DNA of 64,000 nt. It comes from Mobula hypostoma. Lineage: Eukaryota. Position numbers and translations under genes: made by a program. Each line of letters opens with the position of its first letter. The stretch's first letter is position 1. Location: contig NC_086097.1 of the NCBI RefSeq assembly GCF_963921235.1, positions 205,160,001-205,224,000 on the forward strand. Reading direction: 5' to 3'. This document shows positions 13,236 to 25,600 of the stretch, piece by piece. The notes under the pieces are model-generated. The model was not told the origin of the DNA. It saw only the letters and a program-made list of their open reading frames with translations, and ran no database searches.

Positions 13236-14643
13236 AACTGAAAGAAGAGATAGTAACAGATTTGACAGAGGGAGGGGGAAGGGGAGATCTGAAATGATAG
13301 GAGAAGACAGGAGGGGGAGGGATGGAGCTATGAGCTGGAAAGTTGATTGGCAAAAGGGATAGGAGGCTGGAGAAGGGAGAGGATCATGGGACGGGAGGCC
13401 TAGGGAGAAAGAAAGGGTCGGGGGGGGGGAACCCAGAGGATGGGCAAGGAGTTATAGTGAAAGGGATAGGGAGAGAAAAGAGAGAGAAAAAAGAGGGGAA
13501 AAAAAGGGGATGGATGGATGGATAGATAGATAGATAAAGGAAGGAAGGAAGGAAGGGATAGGGTACGAAGGGGAGGTGAGGCATTAATGGAAGTTAGAGA
13601 AGTCAATGTTCATGCCAACGGGTTGGAGGCAACCCAGACAGAATATAAGGTGTTGTTCACCTGAGTGTGGCTTCATCTTGACAGTAGAGGCTGTGGATAG
13701 ACATATCAGAAAGGGAATGGGACGTGGAATTAAAATGTGTGGCCACTGGGAGATCCTGCTTCCTCTGGTGGACAGAGCCACCTCCAAAGGGATCCCACGA
13801 CTAAACACATTTTTCCCTGCCTCCCGCTTTCAAGGGAGTCATGTAGGGATCGCTCCCTACATGACTCCCTTGTCCATTCTTCACTCTCCACCCCTTCCCA
13901 CCGATCTCCTTTCCAGCACTTATCCTTGTTAGCGGAACAAGTGCTACACATGCCCTTACACTTCCTCCCTCATCACCATTCAAGGTCCCAGACAGTCCTT
14001 CCAGGTGAGGTGACTCTTCACCTGTGAGTCGGCTGGGGTGATATGCTACGTCCTGTGCTCGCGATGCAGCCTTTTATATATTGGCGAGACCTGATGCAGA
14101 CTGGGAGACCGTTTCTCTGAACACCTATGCTCTGTCCACCAGAGAAAGCAGGTTCTCCCAGTGGCCACACATTTTAATTCCACGTCCCACCCCATTCTGA
14201 TATGTTTATCCATGGCTTCCTCTACTGTCAAGATGAAGCCACACTCAGGTTGGAGGAACAACACCTTATATTCCATCTGGGTAGCCTCCAAGCTGATGGC
14301 ATGGACATTGACTTCTCTAACTTCTGTTAATGCCCCACCTCCCCTTCGTACCCCCTCCCTTATTTATTTATTATTATTATTTTTTTTCTTTCCCCTTTTT
14401 TTCTCTTTTTTCTCCCTCTGTCCCTCTCACTATAACTCCGTGCCCATTCTCTGCGTTCCCCCCCCTCTATCCCCCTAGGCCTCCATTTCCATGATCCTCT
14501 CCCTTCTCCAGCCTCGTATCCCTTTTGTCGATCAATTGTCCAGTTCTTGACTCCATCCCTCCCCCTCCTGTCTTCTCCTATCATTTCTGATCTCACCTCT
14601 CCCCCTCCCAGTTTCAGATCTCTTACTACCTCTTCTTTCCATT

Positions 14644-14679
14644 AGTCCTGACGAAGGGTCTCGGCCCGAAACGTCGACT
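14644..14679 (+). ncRNA. Minimal type-I hammerhead ribozyme motif, intact
   Basis: AGTC CTGACGA AGGGTCTCGGCCC GAAA CGTC GACT: stem I AGUC/GACU, CUGANGA and GAAA cores, stem II GGG/CCC, GUC cleavage triplet ending at 14675. Confidence 0.85.
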
Positions 14680-15399
14680 GTACCTCTTCCTATAGATGCT
14701 GCCTGGGCTGTTGCATTCACCAGCATTTTTTGTGTGTGTTGCTTGAATTTCCGGCATCTGCAGATTTCCTCATGTTTGCGTATTTAATTTAGTTATAAGC
14801 TTTCGGTTTGTGGGTAACAGTTTTTAAATTGCTCAATGTGCCCATCATACTTTAATCCCAAACCATCTAAAACTTCAATATAGGCATTGATATTTTCATT
14901 TCAACGTGTCTCATTTCTTTCTCCTGAGTTATATTTTATGACAGTCTATTGACAGTAATCAATTTCGAATCTTTTGACTTAGTTCCTTGTTCATTAAGCA
15001 TGCATCTAATGCCAACAAGTCAGTGTTTATTACAAAAGTAAAGTTTATTTTATTCTGGTGAATAAAATTTCTTCTTAGACTGATATTGAATTCTGTTACG
15101 GCAGAGGCGTCCAATAGCAATGTTCACTAGTACACCTCGTTATAATCCAGGAATAATATGGGAGAATGTTAATTTTTCCAAAGGAATTGAATGTATATTT
15201 GAGCAGAAAATGTTTATATGGAATGTCGAAAGAGCAGAAGCATGAAGCAAGTGAAATTTGGATTATTAGAGTAGTTGAAATGTGTAAAAGAAGGACAGGT
15301 GCCACAAAACTGGAGTATGAAGAGTATTCATGCAGAGAGTCTTGCCTACTTTGTTCGGGAGAGTTTAAACTAATTTTGCTAGGAGTAGGAAGCATAGTA

Positions 15400-15950
15400 G
15401 TAACTCAACAAATGGGGAAAATTGTAGCTGATATATTAAGGAGGTTTAGTTGGTACTGAAGATAGAAGCAGGTTAGGGAGCACGGAAGGGCATGCAAACA
15501 GTTGCATTTATTTAATGCATGGAGGCTCACAGACAAGCTGATGAACATAGAGCATGGATCAGTACATAGAATTGCAATATTATTGCAATCATAGAAATGT
15601 GGTTGAAGGAAGAGCAGGACTGGTTGCTTAGTGCTCTGTGGTATAGAAGTCTTACACATAACAGAACAGAATGCAAAAGAGGAAGGTGAGTGGGGTTGCA
15701 CTATTGCTTTGGGAGAACTTAACATCTACTTGGAAAGATCAGCCTCAACAGATTGAGGCCACATGAGGATGACTTGGGAACAAAAGTAGGGTGATCACTT
15801 TGCTATGGTTAAATTATATAGGCTGTGCAATAGGAAAATTAGAGGAAGAGATATGTAGGAAGACCACAGAAATAGATTCACAGCAAAAGATTTTTAACAG
15901 TGAGGGATTTTAACTTTCCCTTATTGACTGGGATTGCCTTGATGCTAAGA
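15400..15950 (+). mobile_element. Ancient CR1 endonuclease-region fragment
   Basis: Decayed IAIIEMWL and RDFNFP remnants of the IAITETWL and GDFNFP motifs. Confidence 0.55.
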
Positions 15951-17296
15951 TGTTCATAATTCTTGTCTTCAGGAATTTAAAGTTAGTGAGAACTCTGTCA
16001 TTGCTACACATTTATATCATTGCAGGGGCAAGTTCAACCATCGCCACAGTACGTGGGTAATGATTGGTTTTGGAGAGGAGGTGTGAGGAGAATGAGCAAC
16101 TGGCGGTAGATAAGAAGATGCACTTAGAACAGATGCTACAGTTAGACATTGTCCTGTCGTTATCATCCCTCTCATGGTCAGCCCCCACAATCAATAGGCT
16201 GGAAAAGTCTTCAATATGATCAGAAGGATTGTGATATACTGTTACAATCTAAAATACTCTACTTGATGGGCTGCAGAAGCAAATAATAACTGACTTTAAT
16301 AACTTTAAGAAAATGTCTGGATAAATTCTTGTAGGGGAAACAATTTGATATATTATGGAGATTAAATGGGAGTGTAGAACCAAGGTAAATGCTCTTCAAA
16401 GTTGACTCAGCACTGTTTATTGAATGGCTTGCTTCTATGTTTTAAAATATTATAAATTCCACAGGAAGGAGGAATTAAAACAGTAACCAGAGACGTAAAA
16501 CAATATGTGCAAGCATGCCTAATGACAAATGGTTTGATGTACTTCAGCATGTTTGAAAGTTGGAGTTCCATGCAGCAATAAAATAGCTAAAAAAACTGTG
16601 TTTGAACTGTTACTATAAATTTTCCACTAGTAATTAGCCTTTAGAATATCATGTCTCTTTAAAGGAAAAATGTGAAAATAAAGTGCAGAATATTTAAAGA
16701 ATAAAAACAGTTCCAAATAATATTTAGAGTACTTTATGGCATCGAGTTGCAATACATATTTTTGTTTCCTTTTCCTTTGTTGCTATTCCATCCACTGTAT
16801 TCCAATTTTCTATTTCCTTAATATCATGAGCCACTGGAGATGACTATTAAGGTAGGTAAAAGAAAAGAACATACAAAGCCAACTGATTTCTTGAAATTGA
16901 AAAATCAATTAAGGATAATTTAAGGAAACATGGTTATACTTTCTGATTGTAGTTAATGAAAGTATAATCAGAACTGAAGCTGATAAATCCTTTTCACACA
17001 GAGTGATAAATGTTTGGAAAGAATTTCCAGATAGACCAGTGGAAGTGAGTACCATAGATATAGTTAAATGCTATAGTAGAGCCACATCAGAATGTTACTG
17101 AACAAATGAATTCAGAATAAGCGTTTAGTGACCATTGTAGGAATGTGTGGTTTGATCTCTTTAAATATTAATTAAATTGTACTCTATTTACCAAGGAGAA
17201 AAAATTATCATGTGATTTTCCTGATCAGTGTTTCAAAACAAGTTTTTGATCAGAAGGAGAATTATACGTGTAATATTTTGTTTATTACTATTTCAG

Positions 17297-17389
17297 TGTA
17301 AGACCTATGCCTGTGTGTTGGAGAGTCACCTCATGGGACTGACAATAGACTTCAATATGGGTTTTGTGTGCTTCGATGCTGCATCAAAG
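17297..17389 (+). CDS. SNTG1: Gamma-1-syntrophin internal exon, 93 nt, phase 0/0
   Basis: Acceptor tatttcag, donor GTAAGT. Translates CKTYACVLESHLMGLTIDFNMGFVCFDAASK. Confidence 0.95.
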
Positions 17390-17959
17390 GTAAGTCCTAG
17401 TTTACCTTTTCATTAATGTTAGTTTAGTTTAAAATTACCAGAAAGTTCTTCCTACACAATATTCAGAATAGGAGGATTAATTGAATTTACAATGCTCTAT
17501 CACAAAACTGTCAAAAAATATAGTAAAAAGCATATTTTAAACTAGATTTCTTCTTAGAAAATCCTTAATGAGGTTACTGTACACAAACTAAATTTTAATT
17601 AATGCCCTGTAGTATAAAAAGTATAATAAGTCTGCATTTTAAAATATATTTTTTGCTCAGGCTTTTGTGATAGGAATTCATATTGCTTGTATTTAACTAA
17701 ATATTGCAAAGTCAGTTGTAACTCACTGGTAGTTAAAATAGAGGAAGTGTATCAATATTAAAAATAAACAGTTTTTGGAAATGTCTAGCTATTGATCATT
17801 CAAATTAATTTGAACATATTAACTTCTATTCATACAAAATATAAATGTATACTTATCTTTATGAATTTATATAAGTAATCAATCACGACTGTTAGAAAGC
17901 TATCTTACAAACTCCTTTCCTATATTTGGGAAATTGACTATTCCCAGCACAAAGAGGAA

Positions 17960-18629
17960 GTCACAAGTAGATAGGGTCACAAGTAGATAGGGTCATAAAG
18001 AGAGCTTTTGGTACATTGGCCTTTATTAATCAAAGTATTGAGTATAAGAGCTGGAATGTTATGATGAGGTTGTATAAGGCATTGGTGAAGCCGAATCTGG
18101 AGTATTGTGTCCAGTTTTGGTCACCAAATTACAGGAAGGATATAAATAAGGTTGAAAGAGTGCAGAGAAGGTTTACAAGGATGGTGCCGGGACTTGAGAA
18201 ACTCAGTTACAGAGAAAGGTTGTTTATTCCCTGGAGCGTAAAAGAATGAGGAGAGATTTGATAGACGTATATAAAATTATGATGGGTATAGATAGAGTGA
18301 ATGCAAGCAGGTTTTTTCCACTGAGGCAAGGGGAGAAAAAAACCAGAGGACATGGGTTAAGGGTGAGGGGGGAAAAGTTTAAAGGGAACATTAGGGGGGG
18401 CTTTTTCACACAGAGAGTAGTGGGAGTATGGAATGAGCTGCCAGATGAGGTGGTAAATGCGGGTTCTTTTTTAACATTTAAGAATAAATTGGACAGATAC
18501 ATGGATGGGAGGTGTATGGAGGGATATGGTTCGTGTGCAGGTCAGTGGGACTAGGCAGAAAATGGTTCGGCATAGCCAAGAAGGACCAAAAGGCCTGTTT
18601 GTGTGCTGTAGTTTCTATGGTTTCTATGG
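17960..18629 (+). mobile_element. 3' fragment of the same CR1 family as 7797-10302, in opposite orientation
   Basis: ORFs 18016-18249 and 18246-18554 are nearly identical to the C-terminus of ORF 7878-9116. Tail (TTTCTATGG)n. Confidence 0.95.
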
Positions 18630-19677
18630 AAAGAAGTTCCATGACCATCTTAGCCATTGAGGTTTCTACTCCACCTGCACTGTTTTGAGAGTTACATAAA
18701 GAGAAAGTAGCTTTAAATTATTATTCATTTATGGATCTGCCTCTTCCAGTTACTGTTGTGAAGGTGGCAGTAAGTAAGCCACCTTCTTGGACCATTACAG
18801 CCCTTGTGGTGAAAGTGTAACAACATTGTTATTGCAAAAGGATTTTCAGAATTTAGACCCAGTGAAGGGTCCAAATTACAAACTGTCTTGAGTTGAAAAA
18901 ATGCAAAATATTTTTACAACTCCAGACAGTTTCTATTTTGGGGGTGAACTTGGAGGTGTTTTCTTATCTTTCTAGGTGGCAAATATCGTTGGTTTGTGGA
19001 CATTGCTGAAAAGGCTTTGCTGAGTTGCCAGTGAAATTGTGACTCCTTATAAGTGAAACAAACTGCACATTGTAGCCATGAGTAGTGGAGGGAATGACTG
19101 TTTAACGTGGTCAATTGGTCTGCTTTGTCCACGATATTAGAGCTGCACACATCTATAAGTGAAACGTATTCCACTACAGTCCAGGAGTACTTTGCATGAA
19201 GGTACTTTAGACCTATAGGTGTAGACTTTAGTTTATGTGGTGTGTGCAGATATATTTGCAATGCAGATAGAATATGACCCTGATAATTTTGAGAAGGTGA
19301 CCTTTGAAAAGACAAATAAAAGTAGGACAAAAGCACTCGGGACTCCTGAATGTGACAGCACATGTAGATAATGTAGCAAGGAATGCTAAGTCTCTAATTT
19401 TTATATTTGTTGAATTTCTCAGAGTGGAAAATCCAGAAGAAAATTGCCACAGGGACTTCCCATGTAATAGACTGCTAATTATTGAGGCAAACAGTTACAT
19501 GTACCTATTTTATAAGCTTATCAAAGCTATCAATGATTGTACACAAGTTGGCATTGAGGGCGGAAGCACTGGGTGATTTTACTTGCACTTGAATTAAATG
19601 CTGAATATAATTGCACTGGGAACTAAATGCTGCTGTGTATTCATGGTTATAGTTAGTTAATGTGGATTTAGCATTTC

Positions 19678-22600
19678 ATTTTTTAATTTTATTTGGATAA
19701 GGTATTCACAAGTAATATACAAACTTTTTTTTACATATCTAACCTTTTGCATTTTTTTATGTGAGTAAATCTATATTAATTTGTACATTCACAAGTGCAC
19801 ATTGAGATAATATAGAAAATAATTAGACACTCAAATAGATGTTTATATGCAATTGTAATTCCACTCTATTAAAGTAATTAATGATGATAGTTGTTATAAA
19901 AATATTAATAATAGTGGTTGAATACTAATTTCCATGTATCTCTTCTGGTCCATTTCTTTCTGGTCCAAAATTTCCCCAGATCTTTCCTTTACTTGTGTTA
20001 GTTCCACATTTTCCAGAAAAAAAAGAACAGCAAACATTCGAGCCAAGGGTGCTTACGTTAACACTATTACTATGTTGATGAGACAAACAGTATAAACCAT
20101 TAGGAGAGTCATCTAAAGTCTGCTCACTCTGGGGTTATAAATTCAATCCATTTATTCCAAATTTGATAAAATCTTTCCTTTTGAATTCTCAGGGAGTTGG
20201 TCATCTTTTCCATTTTAAATATTTCCAAAATGATTTCATGCCAATCTTCTAATGCAGGTGATGTTGGATTTAACCACTTTCTGCTGATTGATTTCTTACT
20301 TGCTGCTAAAAGGGCCTGCAGCAGCTTTATATCTTTCACTGTTCGAAAAACAATACATGCCCCAAGTAGAGAGTCTTAAGGTTCAGAGGTATCTGAGTCT
20401 TAAATACCTTAACTAATGTTCTGTGAATACCTTCCCAAAATAAACTTAATTTAGGGCAATCCCAAAAAATTGGAAATGATTTGCCTACTTGGAGCCACAT
20501 CTTCTCCAACACGCCACTTTTGTGTCTTTATATTTTTCCTGGTATGGGGTCTTGAAGTATCTTATAATGTTTTTCCAACAATGTTCTCTCCAAATCAAAG
20601 AGTTAGTCGAGGACCACTGGAAGATGCATATTTTCTCCCAAGCCTCCTCTGAAAGTACCAACCCCACTTCTTTCTCCCTCTTCTCTTTAATATACAATGT
20701 GTTTTCATTTTTGGCATGAGAGAGGGCATTATATAATCGAGAAATTGATTTACTTGGAATTGAACTGTAAGCCAAATTCAGAATCTTGAAAAATTCTAAT
20801 TCTGCTGTTGGTAAGTCTGTATATCTACAACTCAGGTTAGCATGATGTCATACTTGAAGGTACCTAAAAAAGTCATTGTGTTCTAGGCCATGTTTCTCCT
20901 GCAGGGATTGAAAACTTTGTAATACACTTTTATGTGTGAATGAGAGGTAGGTTGTAAGACCTTTCTTTATCCACAGTTCAAATCTTTTATCTCCTCTGCT
21001 GGGAAGAAATTCGGTATCATAAGCACACCATCTGAAATGTTTTAACGTGTTATTGATTCCACATGAATTAGCCACCTTCTGTCATACTTTTAATGAGAGA
21101 TTTATCCAGCTGTTTTTAAACTTTTCCAATTGGGCGATCAATCCTTTGTCTGCTATTGAGGCCTGTAGAGGAAAACTGTCAACCAATCCAAATTCTATTT
21201 CCTTCCATCTAGCCTTATATTCCCTATTACACCAATATAACAGAGGGGTTATCATAACAGAGGGGTGAAGCATAAAAATAATTTCTCAAACAAGGAAATG
21301 CCATAAATCCTCCTTTCTTTCCTAACTGTAAGGTGTTAAATCGGATTCTAGGTTTCTTTCCTTGCCAGACAAAGCAGGAAATCCATTTGTCCCATTCCCT
21401 GAATTGATCACCGTCCACGTCCACAGGTAAAGTCTGGAAAAGGTAAAGTAACCAAGTGAGAATATTCATTTTATGGTATTCATCCTTGAATTTAAACTTA
21501 AAAAGGGGATAAGATTCCACCTATGTATATCTGCTTTTATCTCTGAAATTAATGGCCCATAATTTACCTGTGACAATGTCGAAAGATCTTTTGGCAAAGT
21601 TATTCCTAAATATTTTAATGATTTAGCTTCCTACTTAAGATCATATGTATCCTGCAGGTTTTTGGATGCTGTATAATTTGAGGACAAAACCTGCGTTTTC
21701 TTTACATTAATTTTATAACCTGATATTTTCCCGAACTCATCCAACAGTGTAAACAATCCTATAAATGATTTTTCTGGTTCACTCAAATAGATTAATGTAT
21801 TATCTGCGAATAAGACCATAAGACCGTAAGACAAAGGAGCAGAAGTCCGCCATTCGGCCCATCGAGTCTGCTCCGCCATTTTATCATGAGCTGATCCATT
21901 CTCCCATTTAGTCCCACTCCCCCACCTTCTCTCCATAACTTTTGATGCCCTGGCTACTCAAATACCTATCAATCTCTGCCTTAAATATACCCAATGACTT
22001 GGCCTCCACCGCTGCCTGTGGAAACAAATTCCATAGATTCACCACCCTCTGACTAAAAAAATTTCTTTGCATTTCTGTTCTGAATGGGCGCCCTTCAATC
22101 CTTAAATCATGCCCTCTCGTACTAGACTCCCCCATCATGGGAAACAACTTTGCCACATCCACTCTGTCCATGCATTTCAACATTCGAAATGTTTCTATGA
22201 GGTCTCCCCTCATTCTTCTAAACTCCAAGGAATACAGTCCAAGAGCGGACAAACGTTCCTCATATGTTAACCCTCTCATTCCCGGAATCATTCTAGTGAA
22301 TCTTCTCTGTACCCTCTCCAACGTCAGCACATCCTTTCTTAAATAAGGAGACCAAAACTGCCCACAGTACTCCAAGTGAGGTCTTACCAGTGCCTTATAG
22401 AGCCTCAACAGCACATCCCTGCTCCTATGCTCTATTCCTCTAGAAATGAATGCCAACATTGCATTCGCCTTCTTCACCACTGACTCAACCTGGAGGTTAA
22501 CTTTAAGGGTATCCTGTACGAGGACTCCCAAGTCCCGTTGCATCTCAGAACTTTGAATTCTTTCCCCATTTAAGTAATAATCTGCCCGTTTATTTTTTTC

Positions 22601-25600
22601 TGCCAAAGTGCATAACCATACACTTTCCAACATTGTACTTCATTTGTCACTTCTCTGCCCATTCTTCCAATCTATCCAAGTCTCTCTGCAGACTCTCCGT
22701 TTCCTCAGCACTACCGGCCCCTTCACCTATCTTCGTATCGTCAGCAAACTTAGCCGCAAAGCCATCTATTCCATAATCCAAATCTTTGGTGTACAATGTA
22801 AAAAGAAGCGGCCCCAACACGGACCCCTGTGGAACACCACTGGTAACCGGCAGCCAACCAGAATAGGATCCCTTTATTCCCACTCTCTGGTTCCTGCCAA
22901 TCAGCCAGTGCTCTATCCACATATCTAACTTCCCCGTAATTCCATAGGCTCTTATCTTGTTAAGTAGCCTCATGTGTGGCACCTTGTCAAAGGCCTTCCG
23001 AAAATCCAAATATACAACATCTCCCTTGTCTAGCCTACTTGTAATTTCCTCAAAAAATTGTAATAGGTTTGTCAGGCGGGATTTTCATTTAAGGAATCCA
23101 CTCTGAGTTCTGCCTATCTTGTCATATGCCTCCAGGTACTCTGTAACCTCATCCTTGACAATCGACTCCAACAACTTCCCAACCACCGATGTCAAGCTAA
23201 CAGGTCTATAATTTCCTTTTTGCTTCCTTGCCCCCTTAAATAGCGGAGTGACATTTGCAATCTTCCAGTCCTCCGGAACCATGCCAGAATCTATCGACTT
23301 TTGAAAGATCATCGCTAATGCCTCCGCAATCTCCACAGCTACTTCCTTCAGAACACGCGGGTGCATTCCATCTGGTCCAGGAGATTCATCTACCTTTAGA
23401 CTATTCAGCTTCCTGAGTACTTTCTCTGTCGTAATTGTGACTGCGCACACTTCTCATCCCTGCCACCCTTGAGTGTCCGGTATACTGCTGATGTCTTCCT
23501 CAGTGAAGACTGATGCAAAATACTCATTCAGTTCCTCTGCCGTCTCCTTATCTCACATTACAATTTCTCCAGCATCATTTTCTATCAGTCCTATATCTAC
23601 TCTCACCTGTCTTTTACTCTTTATATACTTGAAAAAGCTTTTAATATCCTCTTTGATATTATTTGCTAGCTTCCTTTCATAGTTAATCTTTTCCCTCTTA
23701 ATGACCTCTTGGTTTCCTTTTGTAAGGTTTTAAAAACTTCCCAATCCTGTCTTCCCACAAATTTTTGCTTCCTTGTATGCCCTCTCCTTTGCTTTAACTT
23801 TGGCTTTGACTTCTCTTGTCAACCACGGTTGCATCCTTTTTCCACTCGAAAATTTCTTCTTTTTTGGAATATACTTGTCTTGCACCTTCCTCATTTCTCG
23901 CATAAACTCCAGCCACTGCTGCTCTGCTGTCTTTCCCGTCAGTGTCCCTTTCCAGTCAACTTTGGCCAGTTCCTCTCTCATGCCACTGTAATTTCCTTTA
24001 CTCCACTGAAATACAGACACATCAGATTTCGGCTTCTCTTTTTCAAATTTCACAGTGAACTCAATCATGTTATGATCACTGTCTCCTAAGGGTTCCTTCA
24101 CCTCAATCTGTCTAATCACCTCCGGTTCATTACACAATACCCAATCCAGTACAGCCGATCCCCTAGTGGGCTCAACAACAAGCTGTTCTAAAAAGCCATC
24201 TCGCAGACATTCTACAAATTCTCTCTCGAGATCCAGTGCCGACCTGATTTTCCCAATCCACTCGCATGTTAAAATCCCCCACAATTATCATAACACTGCC
24301 CTTCTGACAAGCCTTTTCTATTTCCAGTTATAATTTGTAGTCCACATCCCTGCGGCTGTTTGGAGGCCTAAAATAACTGCCATCAGGGTCCTTTTACCCC
24401 TGCTATTTCTTAGCTCAACCCGTAAAGATTCTGCACCTTCCGATCCTATATCACTTCTTTCTAATGATTTAATATCATTTCTTACCAATAAAGTACGCCT
24501 CCCCCTTTGCCTACCTTCCTATCCTTCTGATACACCGTGTATCCTTGGACGTTCAGCTCCCAGAGACATGCATCCTTTAGCCACCTTCTGTTCAATCCCT
24601 GCCACCTTGTTACCTTTTACAATTTCACACTGTCTTATTAGTTGGGCAAGAGGTTTAATATATAGTGCAAATCGGAGAGGAGAAATTGGGCATCCCTGTC
24701 TAGTTCCTCTCTCTAAAATAAAAGAGTCAGACAGGTCCCCATTTATCTTAATTCGAGCTGTAGGGCTGTCATATAAAGTCTGGATTACTTTAATAAACTT
24801 TTCTTGAAAGCTGAATCTTCCTGACACTCTGTATAGGAATACCCAACTAACTGAATCTAAAGCTTTCTCAGCGTCTAATCCCACTACCATTGTCTCTGTC
24901 CCATTCTTAATAACCTGTTCTAGCATGTGTAAAGTTCCCCTTATGTTGTCCTGAGTTTGTCTTTGCTGAATGAATCCAGTCTTGTCTAAGTGGATGAGGC
25001 CAGGTAGAAGCTTTTCCAGTCTATGAGCTAATATAGACGTAAACAATTTGTAATCCAAATTAAGAACACTGATTGGCCAGTAATTACCACATTCTAGTTT
25101 ATCTTTACCCCATTTAGGAATAACTGAGATAACCGCCTCTGTCCAGGAAGGTGGAATTTCTCCTCTCTGTAAGATCCAGTTAAAGGTGTTAAGTAATAAT
25201 GGAACTAACTGTGACTTCAGCGCTTTGTACCACTCTGAGGTAAACCCATCAGAGCCTGGAGACTTTCCGGCCTTTAATCTAAAGATGGGCGCGTTCAGTT
25301 CTTTGGCAATTACTGGTTCTAATAGGCATTCATTTTGTAAATCTGTTAGCTTGCGTAAATCTAAAGAATTCAGGTAAGTGTTTATATAGGGCTTATTGGA
25401 GGCCCGGGGTTGAGAGTACAGCTCTCGATAATGTGTTTCAAAATACTCTTGAATTTTCTCGATTGTATTCTCCACAAGCTTTGTTTTTGGATTCTTTATT
25501 TTATGAATTGTATTGTCTGCTTGTTGTTTACATAATTTATATGCTAATAATCTAGCTGATTTTCCTCCTACTTCATAATTCTTTTGTCTCAGGTAAAGAA

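Larger units (their letters stand above)
13139..14781. mobile_element. Penelope-like element as an inverted pair of 5'-truncated copies (minus arm 13139-13778, plus arm 13777-14781)
   Basis: Arms are reverse complements of each other. GIY-YIG remnant (VICYVLCSRCSLLYIGET at about 14038-14090). Same family as 42607-46154. Confidence 0.92.

Noticed and set aside
13500..13560. GGAT/AGAT/GGAA tetranucleotide runs as an independent satellite
   Set aside because: Local slippage within the low-complexity 3' region of the PLE arm.
13139..14795. TSD for the intronic PLE palindrome
   Set aside because: Only a weak TAGTTA similarity on both sides; not convincing.
18914..19363. 149-aa minus-strand ORF
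   Set aside because: No recognisable domain; it overlaps what look like decayed LINE fragments.
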